Positions 30,001-45,000 are shown, numbered from the stretch's first letter. The stretch is DNA of 64,000 bases from Phoronis australis (GCA_002633005.1 NMRA01000034.1:1425540-1489539); one strand, 5' to 3'. The notes: generated from the letters alone by a model not told the origin. Numbers and translations: made by a program.

Positions 30001-33000
30001 CACTTTATTACATGAAAACTGTCAATTACCAAATGCCCTGACATCAGCAATTACCTACAAGAGCAACGCAGAGCGTTGAAATGCGCCCACAATTGCACCG
30101 CATACGGTATCCTTCTAGGGTTGTTTATTGGTACCATAAAGTGGCCAGTAGAGGGCATATATGTAGTATGTTGTACTTTGCAAAATGGAAAGGCATGGTC
30201 CTTGTCTCCTCAATAGGCTAGGGGCAAAATGTGAGTAATCTTCATAATACAAGCACATCCTATACACCAGTTGCTTAAAGCACCACAGAAACATAGAATT
30301 AAAAACAAATTTACCANNNNNNNNNNNNNNNNNNNNNNNNNNNNNNNNNNNNNNNNNNNNNNNNNNNNNNNNNNNNNNNNNNNNNNNNNNNNNNNNNNNN
30401 NNNNNNNNNNNNNNNNNNNNNNNNNNNNNNNNNNNNNNNNNNNNNNNNNNNNNNNNNNNNNNNNNNNNNNNNNNNNNNNNNNNNNNNNNNNNNNNNNNNN
30501 NNNNNNNNNNNNNNNNNNNNNNNNNNNNNNNNNNNNNNNNNNNNNNNNNNNNNNNNNNNNNNNNNNNNNNNNNNNNNNNNNNNNNNNNNNNNNNNNNNNN
30601 NNNNNNNNNNNNNNNNNNNNNNNNNNNNNNNNNNNNNNNNNNNNNNNNNNNNNNNNNNNNNNNNNNNNNNNNNNNNNNNNNNNNNNNNNNNNNNNNNNNN
30701 NNNNNNNNNNNNNNNNNNNNNNNNNNNNNNNNNNNNNNNNNNNNNNNNNNNNNNNNNNNNNNNNNNNNNNNNNNNNNNNNNNNNNNNNNNNNNNNNNNNN
30801 NNNNNNNNNNNNNNNNNNNNNNNNNNNNNNNNNNNNNNNNNNNNNNNNNNNNNNNNNNNNNNNNNNNNNNNNNNNNNNNNNNNNNNNNNNNNNNNNNNNN
30901 NNNNNNNNNNNNNNNNNNNNNNNNNNNNNNNNNNNNNNNNNNNNNNNNNNNNNNNNNNNNNNNNNNNNNNNNNNNNNNNNNNNNNNNNNNNNNNNNNNNN
31001 NNNNNNNNNNNNNNTAAAAATGGCCACTAGGTGGCGCAAACTATGTCGAATCCATCCGAAAACGACAGGATAGCGTCATCTCACTACTAGGTGCCTACAT
31101 ACCAAATTTCATGAAAATCCGTTCAGGACTTTTGAAGATACAAAGGTAAGCGTAAAAAATAAAATTGCCACTAGGGGGCACACCGGTAGTCGGATCCGTC
31201 CGAAAGTTCGCACATGCCGTCCCATTCATGAATGGAACATAGGTGCCAAATTTCATGAACGTATGTCAAAGGGTTTTGGAGATAGAGCAGCGGACGCCGG
31301 ACGGACGCCGCCCGGACGGACGGACGGACGGACGGACAGAGATGACGGCATAATGCGTCCACATATAAATATGTGGGCGCATAACAAGGGAAGACAATTA
31401 CCATAAATAAAACATTACAGGAGAGTGGTATCTTATCCAAGGAGATTACAAACCCTTTAACCTAGTGGCCACTGATAATTATCTAGTACCCTTATCCAAT
31501 ATTTTGCTTCGTTAAGACTGGCTTCTGTCACGATAAATTCAAAACTGTGTGCATCGCATATAGTGCAGATACAAGCGATGATCATGACTATTTTAAAAAT
31601 TTCCATTAAGCATCTAGCAATGCTAGCAAGTTTAACAGTAACACCTTGGGGTGAAAAGCAGGTCAGAAATGCTCTCCTGAACAGGAACACAACTGCGACC
31701 GGCATCATTATTCTTAAAGAAGTTTGGAGGATAGGAAGGTAGACGACAAAGGACATAGAAACAATAGAAAAGCCGCTGGGGATGTAAAAAATGTAAGTTC
31801 AATCCATCTCAAACAGGACGAGCACTGTTTTACATGCGATACTGACATGTTTGCCAAATTTCTTGAACATCCATCAATAGAAAGTAGATTTCAAGGCAAA
31901 TGTGTATACTGTGCTCTGTGAGCAAGGTAGCACCATGTGTCAGGATCGATGCTTGACACAGTGAAAACAATATCGTCTCCACTGGATTGACCATACAAAC
32001 TTGGACCCATGTTCGCCATGTTGAAGAGGACGGGTGAGGCAGTGCCACTCTGAGGTGTGCAACAAACAGAACCACAAATTTAACACGAAAATCGCAAAAA
32101 CTAATGCAATCTGCAGTGGAGAAATGCTGCACTTTTGCGATGCCATTTTGGCGATCACTTTTAAGCAGTCCATCGCCATTTGGCTAAACCATGCGATGTG
32201 GATTTTTCAAGCACTGTTTCTAATTTAGCATCAAGATGCCATAGAGCGGTCTCCATAGAGAAGAGAAGCTTACTGGTGTTTCTGAAGTTTGTTTAGCACA
32301 CATTGTTTCAACCAGTGATCAGAACAAGTTACAATATTAGAGCCAAAGTTATACTTTTATGCCTTGGTCATGGACAGTATATTTCAAGACTATCAAATTG
32401 CAAACTCCATTTAGGCACTACCTTCCATTTTCTATGACAACAGCCACTTAACACAGTGCCTGCACTTTTATGACAGCTTTCTTTTGTTTGGCGATTAAAG
32501 AAAACTGATGGTTGTCCGTTAAAACCACTGCCTGTTCATGGCAACATTATTTTCTGTCAGTTTTAGGCACATCCCACTATCAAAACCGAATATGTTATTG
32601 CAGACTGAAGTTTTTCATTGTTTGAATGGTAAAAATGGGTAAAAGTGGGAAAGAGAAATAATGCGCATTGTAGCTACTGTTCCTTTGTTGATACGCCATG
32701 TGACCTGAGATAAAGGATTGAAAGAAGACTACTAGTTAATTGCTATATTTTTCACACTTCATATGACTAAAACATACAAAATAAGTATCTGAGCACACTT
32801 TCTCAGGTCTCTTGGTTATGCACCTAAACCCTATTGCACCTCAATTATACTTATTTTTGTAAACCCAGCTGTCAATAGTTAGTAGTCACAAGTTCACCAC
32901 AGCCACCACACTATGAATATGACACACTGTCAGCTACAAGTAAGATGAAAATGGTCAGTGACAAATTTTTGTTGATATTTTACATAAAATCTCAAGAAAC

Positions 33001-36000
33001 GCGGTCATAGGTACCTAAATTTTTTTAGTCAATATTTTCGGGTACATTTTGTAAGTTGTAAACTTGCCAATTTTACATAGCCCCTTATGGAAAGGTCATA
33101 TTATTTTAAAAGCAATTCTAAACAGTACGTTATGGGAAGTCATTCAATCGTATTGCATGACAGTTTTACTTGAATGCAAATAGCCAGGACGGTACATAAA
33201 CTATATGTTATGAAAGTTTCTTTGGAACCCAATTTATGCCATTTCTTACTCACAATAACTAAAAAATATCAATTCTTATGGGTTTACTCTTAACCTCAGG
33301 GCTTAGAATGACCAATGACAAAAAAGAGGAAAATTTTTAGGTGATGTATCGTTCTACAAATAAATAGGCTTGTGTGACAGAAATACAATTGTGACTAGTA
33401 AAATGTAACTGAAATAAACATTTTTGCATGAATAAAGCCAAAATAATGATAAAAAGAGACAAGAAAGGGGAAACTTGAATATCCAAGAAGAGGAAATCCT
33501 TTTAAAAGAGGAAAATTCAAAGCCTTGTCACCTGTACTGGCCATGAACCTGCCTCTTATTTGTTTAACATTGCGTGAGCAACATGATACAACTTGTGAGC
33601 ACCATCACTTACCAGGGTGTATCCCCGAAGAACGAAGTGAAATTTACATGGAAGAGTGCATCATAGATTCTACAAGTTTTTCTTTTTAATGTTTATTACG
33701 AAAATTAATAACGACTAGATGTACAACAGCTGCAGTTAAGCCCAGAAAGCCCTAGAAAAAACTAGACCTAGCTGTAAGTCATGCCGTACAGTCAATAAAA
33801 AGTTACGTACCATTTTCCTGCAGTTTTTAAGGAGATTCTCACAGATGGCACGGGAAGACATACCACTGTCCTGCTCATGTGTACTGCACAGCTGAAATAA
33901 CAAAAAGACACTCAGTAAGTCAAAACAGCTTCACAAAGTTTAGTAATACACTAATAAGCATTCAAAAACACAATGTGAAATGAATTAAAAACCTTAAAAA
34001 TGCGAACTAAAGGCGTATAAAATAAATGAATCTACAATGCAAACATAAAGTGGTCCATTCAACCATAAAACCAAAACGCAACATTAAACAAATATGAAGT
34101 CAAACAACTTGTGCCAATCAATTTGTAACTCATGTTTAAATTTCAAGACAGAGTTCTTACATCTTATTAATGCATGGATCAGTAAGCATACATTACTGAG
34201 TGGAATGTAAAGGCTAATGTTCGGACTCCAGATAAAGTCCACATTTGTCCACGGTGCACCACAAATAGTTTGTTTCTAGGGGCCACTAAGAGATGGTGCA
34301 GTAGTCGAATCAGCCCGAAAATTAAATGTTGCCGGCGCGTTGTAATCAACTGCCTCTGAGTCAAGTTTTATTGAAATGTATCGTCAATCAGTTCCCTAGA
34401 TACATGTATCATTCAGAAACGCCATTCCCCCAAACAACACTAGTTAAAAGCTCCTTGTAACAATACTGCATTGGACAAATCCACAACCAAAAACGAAGGT
34501 CCGGCACATTGACATCACATATGTCTGTGTCAAGTTTCGTTGACACCTGTCAATCGTTTTTTAAGATATCATCCGGAATTGCTGTTCTCCCAAAAAACAC
34601 ATCGAAACCACTTGATAACAAAATGACCACAAGGAGTTCCTGCAGTAGTTGAATCCGCTCATGAATTTAATGGTGATGGCACATTGACATCGCACACCTC
34701 TGCGTCAAAGTTTCAATTAAAATCTTTCAATCAGATCTTCAGTTAGCCTCTTGATATCATCTGGAAGCGCTCTTCCCCAAAACAACACTTGAAAAGCCCT
34801 TAACCAACGACAAAATGGCCACTAGAAGATGCTGTAATGGCCCAAATCGTCCTATAATTTAATCATCTCGGCGCATAGACATCGTATAGTTCTGCATGGA
34901 GTTTCGTTAAGTTCTCTAGAAATTATCCGGAAATACTCTTCCCCAAAATGGCCACTATGAGGCGCACTAGAGGCCAAATCCACCTGAAAATCAAATCGGC
35001 GCACTGACATCATATATCTCGCGCTGTTTCATTGATATTCATTAATCGGTTATTTAGATATCATTTGGAAACACTCTCATCACAAACATTTGAAAATACC
35101 CACGTCAAAAACAAAATGGCCATTACGAGGTGCCACAGTGATCAAATCCGTCCAATAATTTAATGGTGCTGGCGCATCGCCATCACATACCTCGGTGTCA
35201 ATTTTCATTGAAATCCTTCATTCCATTCTCTCTTCTGGTAATGCTCTCAAAAAACGATCACTAGAAGGCGCTGAAGTTGTCACATCTGCCCGAAAATCAA
35301 ATGTTGCTGGCACAATCTCATTATAAACCTGTGTCAAGTTTCCATGAAATCCGTAAATTGGTTATTTAGATATCATCCAGAAACGCTATTCCCCCAAAAA
35401 ACACACTTGAAAACACTTGCTGAGGTGCTGCAGTAGTCAAATTTACCCCAAAATTTAATGGTTGCGGGGCATTGACATCACAAGTCTCAATGAAATCCTT
35501 CAATCGGTTCTCCACATATCATCCAGAAATGCTCTCATACAAAATGGCACCTAGGAGGCACAGCAGCAGTCAAATTTATGCGAAAATCAAAGGATGCCAG
35601 CACATTCCCATGATATACCTCCGTGTCAAGTTTCATTGAAATATGCCAAGTGCTTCTCTTGATATCACCTGGATAATAATGCTCTTCCACCCAAACCAAC
35701 ACTTGAAAAGCTCTTTGTCGAGATCAACATGGCCACTAAGAGGTACAGCTGCAGCAAATGTCGAATCTGCCCGAAAATTTAATGGTGACCAAGCATTGAG
35801 ACTTGACAGTGTTCCCTTTTTCACAAAGTTCACTCCGATGAGAACCCAAACATCAACCCAATCAATAACTAAGTGGAAACTCACTATAAGCAGTCAACTC
35901 ACGACAGCAGCCCTTTCGTAAATGAGCGAAGGGCACAAACAGTGTCTATAAAGTTTTGTTAACGCACGGTGAATATACTTTTACACGTGTGCAAATTTTA

Positions 36001-39000
36001 CTCATTTACTAAATCTAAAATTAACTGAATGGCTCACATTACCTGCATGACAGCGCTGAGTGTTGGCCGGCCATTAGGGTTGTCTTGAGCCATGCAGTAA
36101 AGCAGTTCTTGTAGGGCTGGACTCAGTTGAGGCTCAACATCGGTCGGTAATTGGTAGTCAGCAGCAGCAAACAGGGAAGCTGCCAGACCAAAAATGGCTG
36201 CCTACAATGTAAGAGTGATTTGTCAAGGCAATGCAAGCACCAGATCAAAAATGCATAAAAGAACGTTTGATAACACAAAATTCTCCCAAATTAAAAAAAA
36301 CCCACAAAATTCTCCCAAATTAAAAAAAAAAACACTTTTAATTATATTAGGTTATTGAACCCCAAGTCTAATCTAATGTGTTCAATCTTTCACAAGCCAT
36401 TATGCAAATACATCAACAGGTGGTGTGGCAGAAATCAAAATGAGGACGAAAAAAGTTGTGAGACAAGCAAACAATAAGAAAAGCACGAGATGAAAGCATA
36501 ACAAGCACATAATTATGTGCACACCTCAAACACACTTGAACAACACACTTAGCACTTAAGAAACATTAATACACCTGCGACAAGCTTGAATATCACACAT
36601 AGCACTTAACAAACATGTACACCTCAAATACACTTGAACATAACACTTAGTACTTAACATTAATTTACAACTCAAATAGACTCAAACACCCAATTTATCA
36701 CTTAAAAACATTTACACCTCGACAAACTTGAACATCACGCTTAGCACTTACGCGAAATTTACAGGGTTGCCAACCCACTAAGCACATAACCTGTAACCTT
36801 CATACTAAAAATCTGTGTTTCGCAAGTGAAAACTTGATTTCAAATCATATTTAACTAAAAAATTAATGCAACATTACGTAAATATCCAGCTCATCACACA
36901 GATATTTTTTTGGTTGTTACTGTTGGCATGGCTGAATTTTTCCTTTGCCACAGTCTAGAAAATCTTGATATCTCATAATTTTTGATCCATGCTGACACTG
37001 TAAGTGCCCAAGCTCTCAGTACTGAAATCAGTGTGATGAAACACAGTGAAGTCCTTTTCCTGTTTCCTATATATATAATATAATTTCTAGGAATATCCAT
37101 CTGCGAAATTTCTTGACATTTAAACATGACGCCCAAAACAAATGATATCCCACGATGCAAAGCCAAGTAAGCATGTTTTTTCATTGGTAAGTCCTTCACA
37201 AAGCAATTACTGCAATTGACCAATCATAAAATTCATTACAGAAACTGCACCAAACACTGGTGCTCAAAATACGTCTCTTTGGTCGGATCAAGCGTTCTCG
37301 ACTAATCTGCCACTTTCCAGTATTTTCTGCTTCCATTTTTACTGATCTGGCACTTTGAAACTTTTATAATTTTAAGATAATCATATTTTGTTCCATTTTT
37401 AAGAGAAACTTGTGCCTAAAATCAACAACATTTTAAAACCAGTACTGAGTGATTTTTAGGCCTTAAAAATACATGGAATACGGATATTCCGTAACAGTTG
37501 GCAGCCCTGTGTAAACATCTCAACACTTGAAAATGACAATTAACAATTAACAAAATATCTACACCTCAACACACTTGAAAATAACACTTAGCACCTAACA
37601 AACATGTACAAACTTGAACAGCACACTTATTACCTAATAGCCATTTTACACCTCAAAAACACACACATTTAATAGTTGGGAACGGTCATCACATACCTTT
37701 TGAGTCATGGGACCTGCTTTGTCCAGCTCTGGGGCACGGAATTCAGGGTTAATGTTAACATCCTGAGGTAGGCTCCTGAAGTGCACACAGCCATCAGCTG
37801 CTATGGCAATGGTGTCCAGGGAAATGTAGGAAGCTAATCAAACAACACATTACGTATGAGATCAGGTGCATTGAGTATAGCAGTTAACTTTAATGGATCA
37901 AATTTCAACAACAGGACAGAAAAATTTCAGTTTACTAAAGAATTCCAAAAAGGAGTATATCAAAAAAAACTTAGGGTATGACAAGATCCAACTGTATGTA
38001 TCCAACAACACAACTGCTCAATCTTGCAGAAAACCAGATGATCAGACATTTAACACTGCACAGCAATATCGTGTGAACTGTTTTGATTTTTACTACGAGT
38101 GTTGTCTAACTAATAATCACTCACTAACAGGTAGATTCCGGGTCAACAGGAGCAAGTTTGGCAGAATCAACCTTTAATTTGTAGGTGGTATAACAAGTGT
38201 AGTAAAGAGTAGATTTCATCTTTTTTGGCAAACATTGATGATAGAACATAAACTGCCACTTCCTCCACAGACCTTTTGACCCTTTTAAGCAAGGCCAATA
38301 AGAAAGTAATTTTATGTGTAAGCCAAGCAAACTGCTAGGGCTACGAGTAAAAACAGAGAAGTGGTTGTGAACACATGCACTAAATATTCTGACCAGTTAC
38401 AGTCCTTTTAACAAAACACAAACAGTCTAGTTTTATTCAATTGAAATTTTACTTGTATCAATATTTATTTAATGAAGAGCTTAATATTGAAAGCTGTGAT
38501 GCATAAAAAAGAAAAAAAGCATTGTTCATTATCAGATATGAGGAGCAACCATTGACAAACAAGACTAGCAGATACTGTACTCGGTCACCAAATGATTACT
38601 AGTAAGTCTAATTTAGTGCAGCAGCTGAAGACTGAACTTACTTTGGTCACCGAGACTTACCTAGGCACGCAGAGATTAAGTTGTGCTCTCACAAAATAAT
38701 TACTATCCCTGGACATGGGTTAGCATTTGGTTAAAAATGAGTTTAAGTCAGAGTACATGCACGCAAGTCCAGTTACTGAAAATTTTGCTTCATCTTCACT
38801 ACAAACAAAACCCAAGAAACTTACGCAGCTCATTCTGAGATTCCATCAATGCGACGATTGCCTGATGACACACGGACCAAAGTTCACTCTCATGCAGGCA
38901 ACTTTTGAGACTAGTCAAAATCTCCTGTAGCGACATTAATGCAAACCCCCCGGTGCCACCATTTGCCTCCTTCCTGTGTCCAAGTTTGCTGTTCATCGCC

Positions 39001-42000
39001 TGCATCAGTGGAGACATCTTGCGGAGTTCTTGAGTATTAGACTTGAGAGTATTATTCTCCTTTGCAATTGCTCTGATATTATCTGTACTAACTGAAGAAT
39101 TCATCTTCAGTTCCACAATGTCACTTGGACTACCAGTTTTGCTGCTGCCACATACAGAAGATGTCTTTGGTATGGCCTCAGGCTCCTTCATACTTGCATT
39201 GATCACTGAGTTAAATGGGGATGTGGACAAGTTTAATGTTGGCATCATTTTTTTTGAGCCAGATGACACTTCTACGTTTGCCTCTGGTGTGGGAACATCA
39301 CTCTCTGTATTGTGTGATCTCTGTACCGTATACATGGCTTTACATGAGTTGTCTACAAAGTAAATGTGATATACTTAATGCTTATAAAAACAAGAGCAAT
39401 GCAGAGCATTGATATAGACTAACCGGGTGCATCACACCAAAAATTGAATAAGGATTCTATTTTTTAGCATTTTTGCCATAGTGTGCAAGTGCAACACAAA
39501 CAGTTAAGAAATAAGCGGTTGCCAGAATCATGAAGAGACATCCAAGAACTAGTTAGACAAGTCTATATCAAGGTAATTGGTTATCTCTATAACCAAATTT
39601 CTTAAAACAAGTAGTTTACAGTACAGGACCAAAAGAATTTTTGACTATGCATTTTTATTAAAATTCAATAAAAAGGGAAGGTATAGTCCAGGGTTGAATT
39701 TACCACTCGCTAACTCAAAAACGTGACTTGAATTTGATAACTGCGACTAGTAATTCCATCTACGACAATTGTTTGGCGAGTGACACTTGGAAAGTAAAAG
39801 ATAACCATCAATGTGTCACAAAGGGGTGCAAGGAAATGAATCATTTTATCACTTGTAATTGGACATACAGGACAATCACTGACATAAAGTGAGGTGGACT
39901 GCAAGACTGTTTAAAAAGATTTCAAACTCCAGGCATATTTCATAAAAAACAATGTCGACAATAAGAATTATTTTTTCAAATGCGTACACTAAACTAGAGT
40001 TGCTAAAGATTTTGCTCTTTAAATCTTTCAAATAGTTTTGAAATATGGTTGTTTTCTACAATAATTATTTATTTTTGTTTCTGTGCTGTACTCTGATAGT
40101 CAATGTTATTGGCCTATGAATAGTGTTTTCACTGCTGAAAATGATTGTTCAACAAACCAATATTGAATGGAAGATTTTCAGGAAGCAATGGTACTGTGAC
40201 TCATATCACAACCTATCTCTATCAATAGTTACTATCATGTCTTCACAGCGGGTGGCACAGGGAAACAGTTTGACGTCATGAAAAGGCCTGTTTACAAAAT
40301 TATGTAATATGTGAATAAACATGATGTGTTTTAAACAAAATTTATAAGGTGCCTCTTCGTCCTCTAGAGGCCACGTGACTAGTCACCAAGTTGCTGTTTG
40401 AAAGTCGCCCATTGAGTTACTTTTCAGTGATACCTGTTGTCCAGTTGAACAGTTGTCCCATTTTGAATATCTCGCAGGTGTCTTACACATAATCAAGGTG
40501 TTCCTCTAAATGTTTAGATACAAAATTAAGATTACCATGCCACAATACGCACCAGTTACAGTCAAAACTATCTAGTTTCTGATGCCCCCAAAATTAGACA
40601 AATTTGGACATTTTTAGGGTCCTCCTACAATACCTTAAAATCATTTCCTGCTTATCTAAACCATTTATTTCACCTCACCAGGTTAAATAATGGCAATTTA
40701 TTTATTGCTCCTGTGAATATAAAAGGCTAGTCTCTGATGTCTGTAAACTGACTAAATACATCACAGAACACCCTCAATTTTATAGTAAACACACAACTTC
40801 ACAAACACCCCTCCAGGCACACAATGCCTCACATACCACCAGGGGACATGTGTTGTTCCAGTCAAACAGAGGAATAATCTACATATCACCACAGGACAAA
40901 TGCTGCTCTAGCCAAAAAGGAATGCCCTACATACCATCATCGGACATGCGCTGTTCTGCTCATACACAAGAATCCCTTACATACCATCATTTGACATGCG
41001 GTGCTCCAGTCGACCAATGGCAGCCAGTTCTCGGCAGACTTGCTCCGCTTCCTCAATAGTCAAAACCTGAGAACATTGCTCATACACAGTTTCTAAGTCA
41101 GCACGATCAAAGAACTCATCAGTTGTCATGGAAGACAATAGGTCAGTTAACTTGGGACTAAACGTTTTGTCCAGCGAAGCAGATCCATACTCGGCTGCAT
41201 AGAACATGATCATACCCACCGAAAACATGTGAGCCTGCAACAGAAAAGTAAACAAAATTAATTTGACAGTATTACGGACCACGATCAGGATTAGCGTTGG
41301 TAAGATGCATGCACACAAACCTCTGCTCAACAATTTTGAGAAGCTATACACACAATGCATTGTTGAGGCAGATGGAAAAGATGAAACAAGCATTTGTCAC
41401 TTCTTGAGATATTGTGCCAACATTTTCTAGGTAATAACTTGACTTTCTCGATGTGACCTTGAAAATCAATTCAAGTTAGCAAAATATTAAGAAAGTCCAC
41501 AGCTTCTTTCTGCATATATTGTGCCAACAACATTAACTAGAGTAAAAATTTGATTTTCCCAATGATGACTTTGAACATGATGTCAAGGTTGCCCACATAT
41601 GGTATAACTCAGTACAAATATTAACAAAATCTGCAGCTATTTTCAGGAGATATCACGGTAACAACATCATCTAGGTAAAATTTTATTTTTTCCTTGTAAC
41701 CTTGAAAATGATTTCAAGGTCACCAAAATCAACTGGAACCTGGAGATGTCCCTCATACATCTTAGTACAAAATACGAAAAAAATCTGAAACTTCAGTCAG
41801 GAGATATCGCGGCAACAACTTTTTAGGTTAAGTTTTCATTTTCTTACTGTGACCTTGAAAATTATATCAATATCACTAAAAATCGACTGGCAACTAAAGA
41901 TGTCCAACCAACACCTCAGTACAAAATACAAACAAAATTTGCAGCTTCTTTCAGGAGATACCTGGGAAAACATCATTTTCTAGGTAAAAACTTAATATTA

Positions 42001-45000
42001 ATTTACCCATTGTGAGCTAGAAATTGATATAAAAATCAACAAAACTGAAAATCACCTGAAAATATCCCATCTTCACCTGAGTTAAAAATATGAACAAAAT
42101 CTACAGATTGCTTTTGAGGATATCATACAGTACAATTAATATGTAAACAGATCAATGTACGTATCTACGGTTGCGAATACTATGTCCCCAGTTTCCCAAT
42201 AACACACGGCAGGGGCGAGTGACCAAATCACTGATCTAATAGGCAAGCCACTATTAGTAGAGTTTCTGACTACAACAATAAAGAACAAACTGCAACAGTC
42301 TCAATTTTTTCTTGTACAGTAAAGTTACAACACCAAGTTCACTTTATCAAAAAACCTTAAAATTGTGCGCAACGTCTAGTAAAGCATGTGTTTTTTTCAT
42401 ATCTTCAGAAGACGCTTTTGTTCTTTTGTTCAGGCTCAGAATAACTAACAGTTCGTGGGTCCTGGTGGCGTAGTGGTTGAGCTGACGGATTAAGAGCAGG
42501 AAATATGGATATTGACCCTCCTTGCACATATCTTTTAAAAGTAAATTTTGAATTAGCAAAATTCAAGAATCAGTAGTTGCATAAGCCAAAATTTTCTAAT
42601 TTCCTTTGGATGACAGAAACCAAGGTGACAAGTCACTATTCCTTCACCATGAATATCTCTAATGTGGCCCGGAGTCCATTAAACAAAATCATTAAGCTGT
42701 AAAGGGACAGGAATGTAATGTTTTTAAATCTCATTAACAACACCTGAGCTCCAAACCTAAGCACAAACCTGATTTACAACTGGTCATCGCTGAGATCTTT
42801 TTACTGTTCATGCTGATAAAAAATTGGTCAGCTAAATACAGTTGACACCAAAAGCACCAAATGTGGCTAGAGTGTGAATGAATACAAACCCTGCAGTATA
42901 CCTAGTGTTTGTTTATTGTACTTGAATGAATAGTTTGCTGGGTACACCATACTAGATAAAGCTGTATGCTAGCACAGTCTCAACTAGATGAGAATGCATG
43001 AATAGAACACAAAGGGAGATTAGTGGTAGACCCAATGAAATCTCAGAGCAACAACAAAAGTAATTCATTCATGTTTTATCACCCATTTTACAAGTGAACA
43101 CAAGAGCCCACACAACAAACAAACATTCAATGAATGTTTGTATTAGACCCCTTCCCATGCAGTTAACTCCACTGTTATGCCCCTATGGAAGCTTGGATAT
43201 AGCAGTGGTTAAACCCAAAGTTATGCATTATCCTTCCCATCAGCTTCATACAGTAGTTACTCAGATAACTAATTCAGTAGCAAGGTGGTTGCATATGAGC
43301 TGATCTGAACAAAGGCAGAATAGCGTACGGTGTCACCTCCTTTTGAGTAGAACAGTGAATTATTTTGGCAATGAAAAGAATCCAGTTAGTACATGGATAC
43401 CTTCAAGTTGAGACAAAAAGCTTATAATGCTAAAATATAGAAATATGGGGAAATACTGATCCGTAATGGAAAACAGAGGAGACACTGGGTGTCCGAAATT
43501 CCGGAATTACTCGCCTGAAAACGTGAATGTTGTGCCCCGTCAATGCCAAAGAGTTGCAAACGGCATGACAGTTTTTCACATGAGGTATGGGTCATTGGTA
43601 TGATGAAGCCAGAGAAATTCTTGTAAGGCAATGAGATGATCACAATTTTGATTGCCCAATGACATGAGAAAGCAATCAATAATATGCGTCTCTATGAGAA
43701 ATCACAAGCAACAACGGATATTATTCGTCAAAATGTCTCTATTCAAAGTTTAGTTCGTATTCCTATCACTGCTACTGCGTCCAACCACCTGTTGCGGTTC
43801 ATACAAAATATTTACAAATTTGCTCTGAGAACGCACTGTTCACAGTCTTTTTCTTTTTTCTGAATTCACTGATGGATGATCTATTTCAGTGACAGACACT
43901 CAGCCTACTTAGACAATCAAGACACAGGCCATAATTTCAACCAACATATTTCTTGCCCATCTTGTTTAACTTCTGTACAAACTCCTGATGCCAAGTACCA
44001 ACAGCAGACAGGCCTATGATGGTAGGGACTTCTACAACCCCTTTTATGAAGACTGCAGTGACTTTAAGGTATTGTTAGTATTTGGAATGTGTACTTGTTG
44101 AACATACACTAAACACGTTTCAATATTGAAGGTCTTAATTTCATTTCTTTCATGTACTACCAAAACAGAATTGATATCCCGAAGGACAGTAGTCCAAGTC
44201 TGTTGACTATGAGACATCAGCAAATCACACACAGGGTATTTCGAAGAACTCTAATATCATTCTCACTGCAACTAAAAACCTTGAACTCATTTTTGATCTT
44301 ATTTGAAAGGTCAGTTTTGAATGAGCAGCAAACAGGGTCGAATATGTGACCTCCAATAGGAGAAACAACTTGTATTTTGCCCACCTGTATGTAGACCAAT
44401 CCAATATGTAGCTTTCAATAATAGATACAACTTGTATAATACAGGGCTTAGAATGGCCAATGACAAAAAAGAAAAATTACCCAAGTGATGTATTGTCCAA
44501 CAAAAAATAGGCTTGTGTGATCGAAATATTTTTTGTTTTGAAATAAATGCTTTTGCATGAAGAGAATTAAGTCAAAATAATGACAAAACGATGATGAAAG
44601 AGGAAATTGAAAACAAAAAAGAGGAAATCCTCTTAAGAGACAAAAATTCCAATCCCTTGTATTACCCATTTGTATGTAGACCGCATCAACAAGTAGCTTC
44701 CAACAAGAAGAACAACTTAGGATATTGCCTATGTGTGTGTAGACCATACCAGTATGTAGCTACCAATAAGAGCAACAACTTGACGTATATTGCTCGTGTG
44801 CACAGATCTCACAAATATATAGCTTCCAATATGAGGAACCACATGTAGGATGCCCAACTGAGTACAGATCACACCAATGGAATTGTTCATGATGTTCTGC
44901 GTAAAACAGAGAACACAATACACACCTACCTTGTACGAATTGCCCACTTTCTCATACTCAGGAGGAACATACATTTTCAAAGGTTCTGAAAAGAAGAATA

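Noticed and set aside
30271-31039. 248-aa and 242-aa ORFs
   Set aside because: Translation of the N gap
31830-32228. Cluster of overlapping short ORFs
   Set aside because: No recognisable domain and no phase-compatible splice sites found; probably repeat-derived
33613-33669. Candidate extra KNDC1 exon with a strong GTAAGT donor
   Set aside because: In the required phase 0 it reads AAT CTA TGA (stop) and the acceptor lacks a pyrimidine tract; at most a poison or cryptic exon
42455-42530. tRNA gene
   Set aside because: A box only; no T-arm/B box or closable cloverleaf
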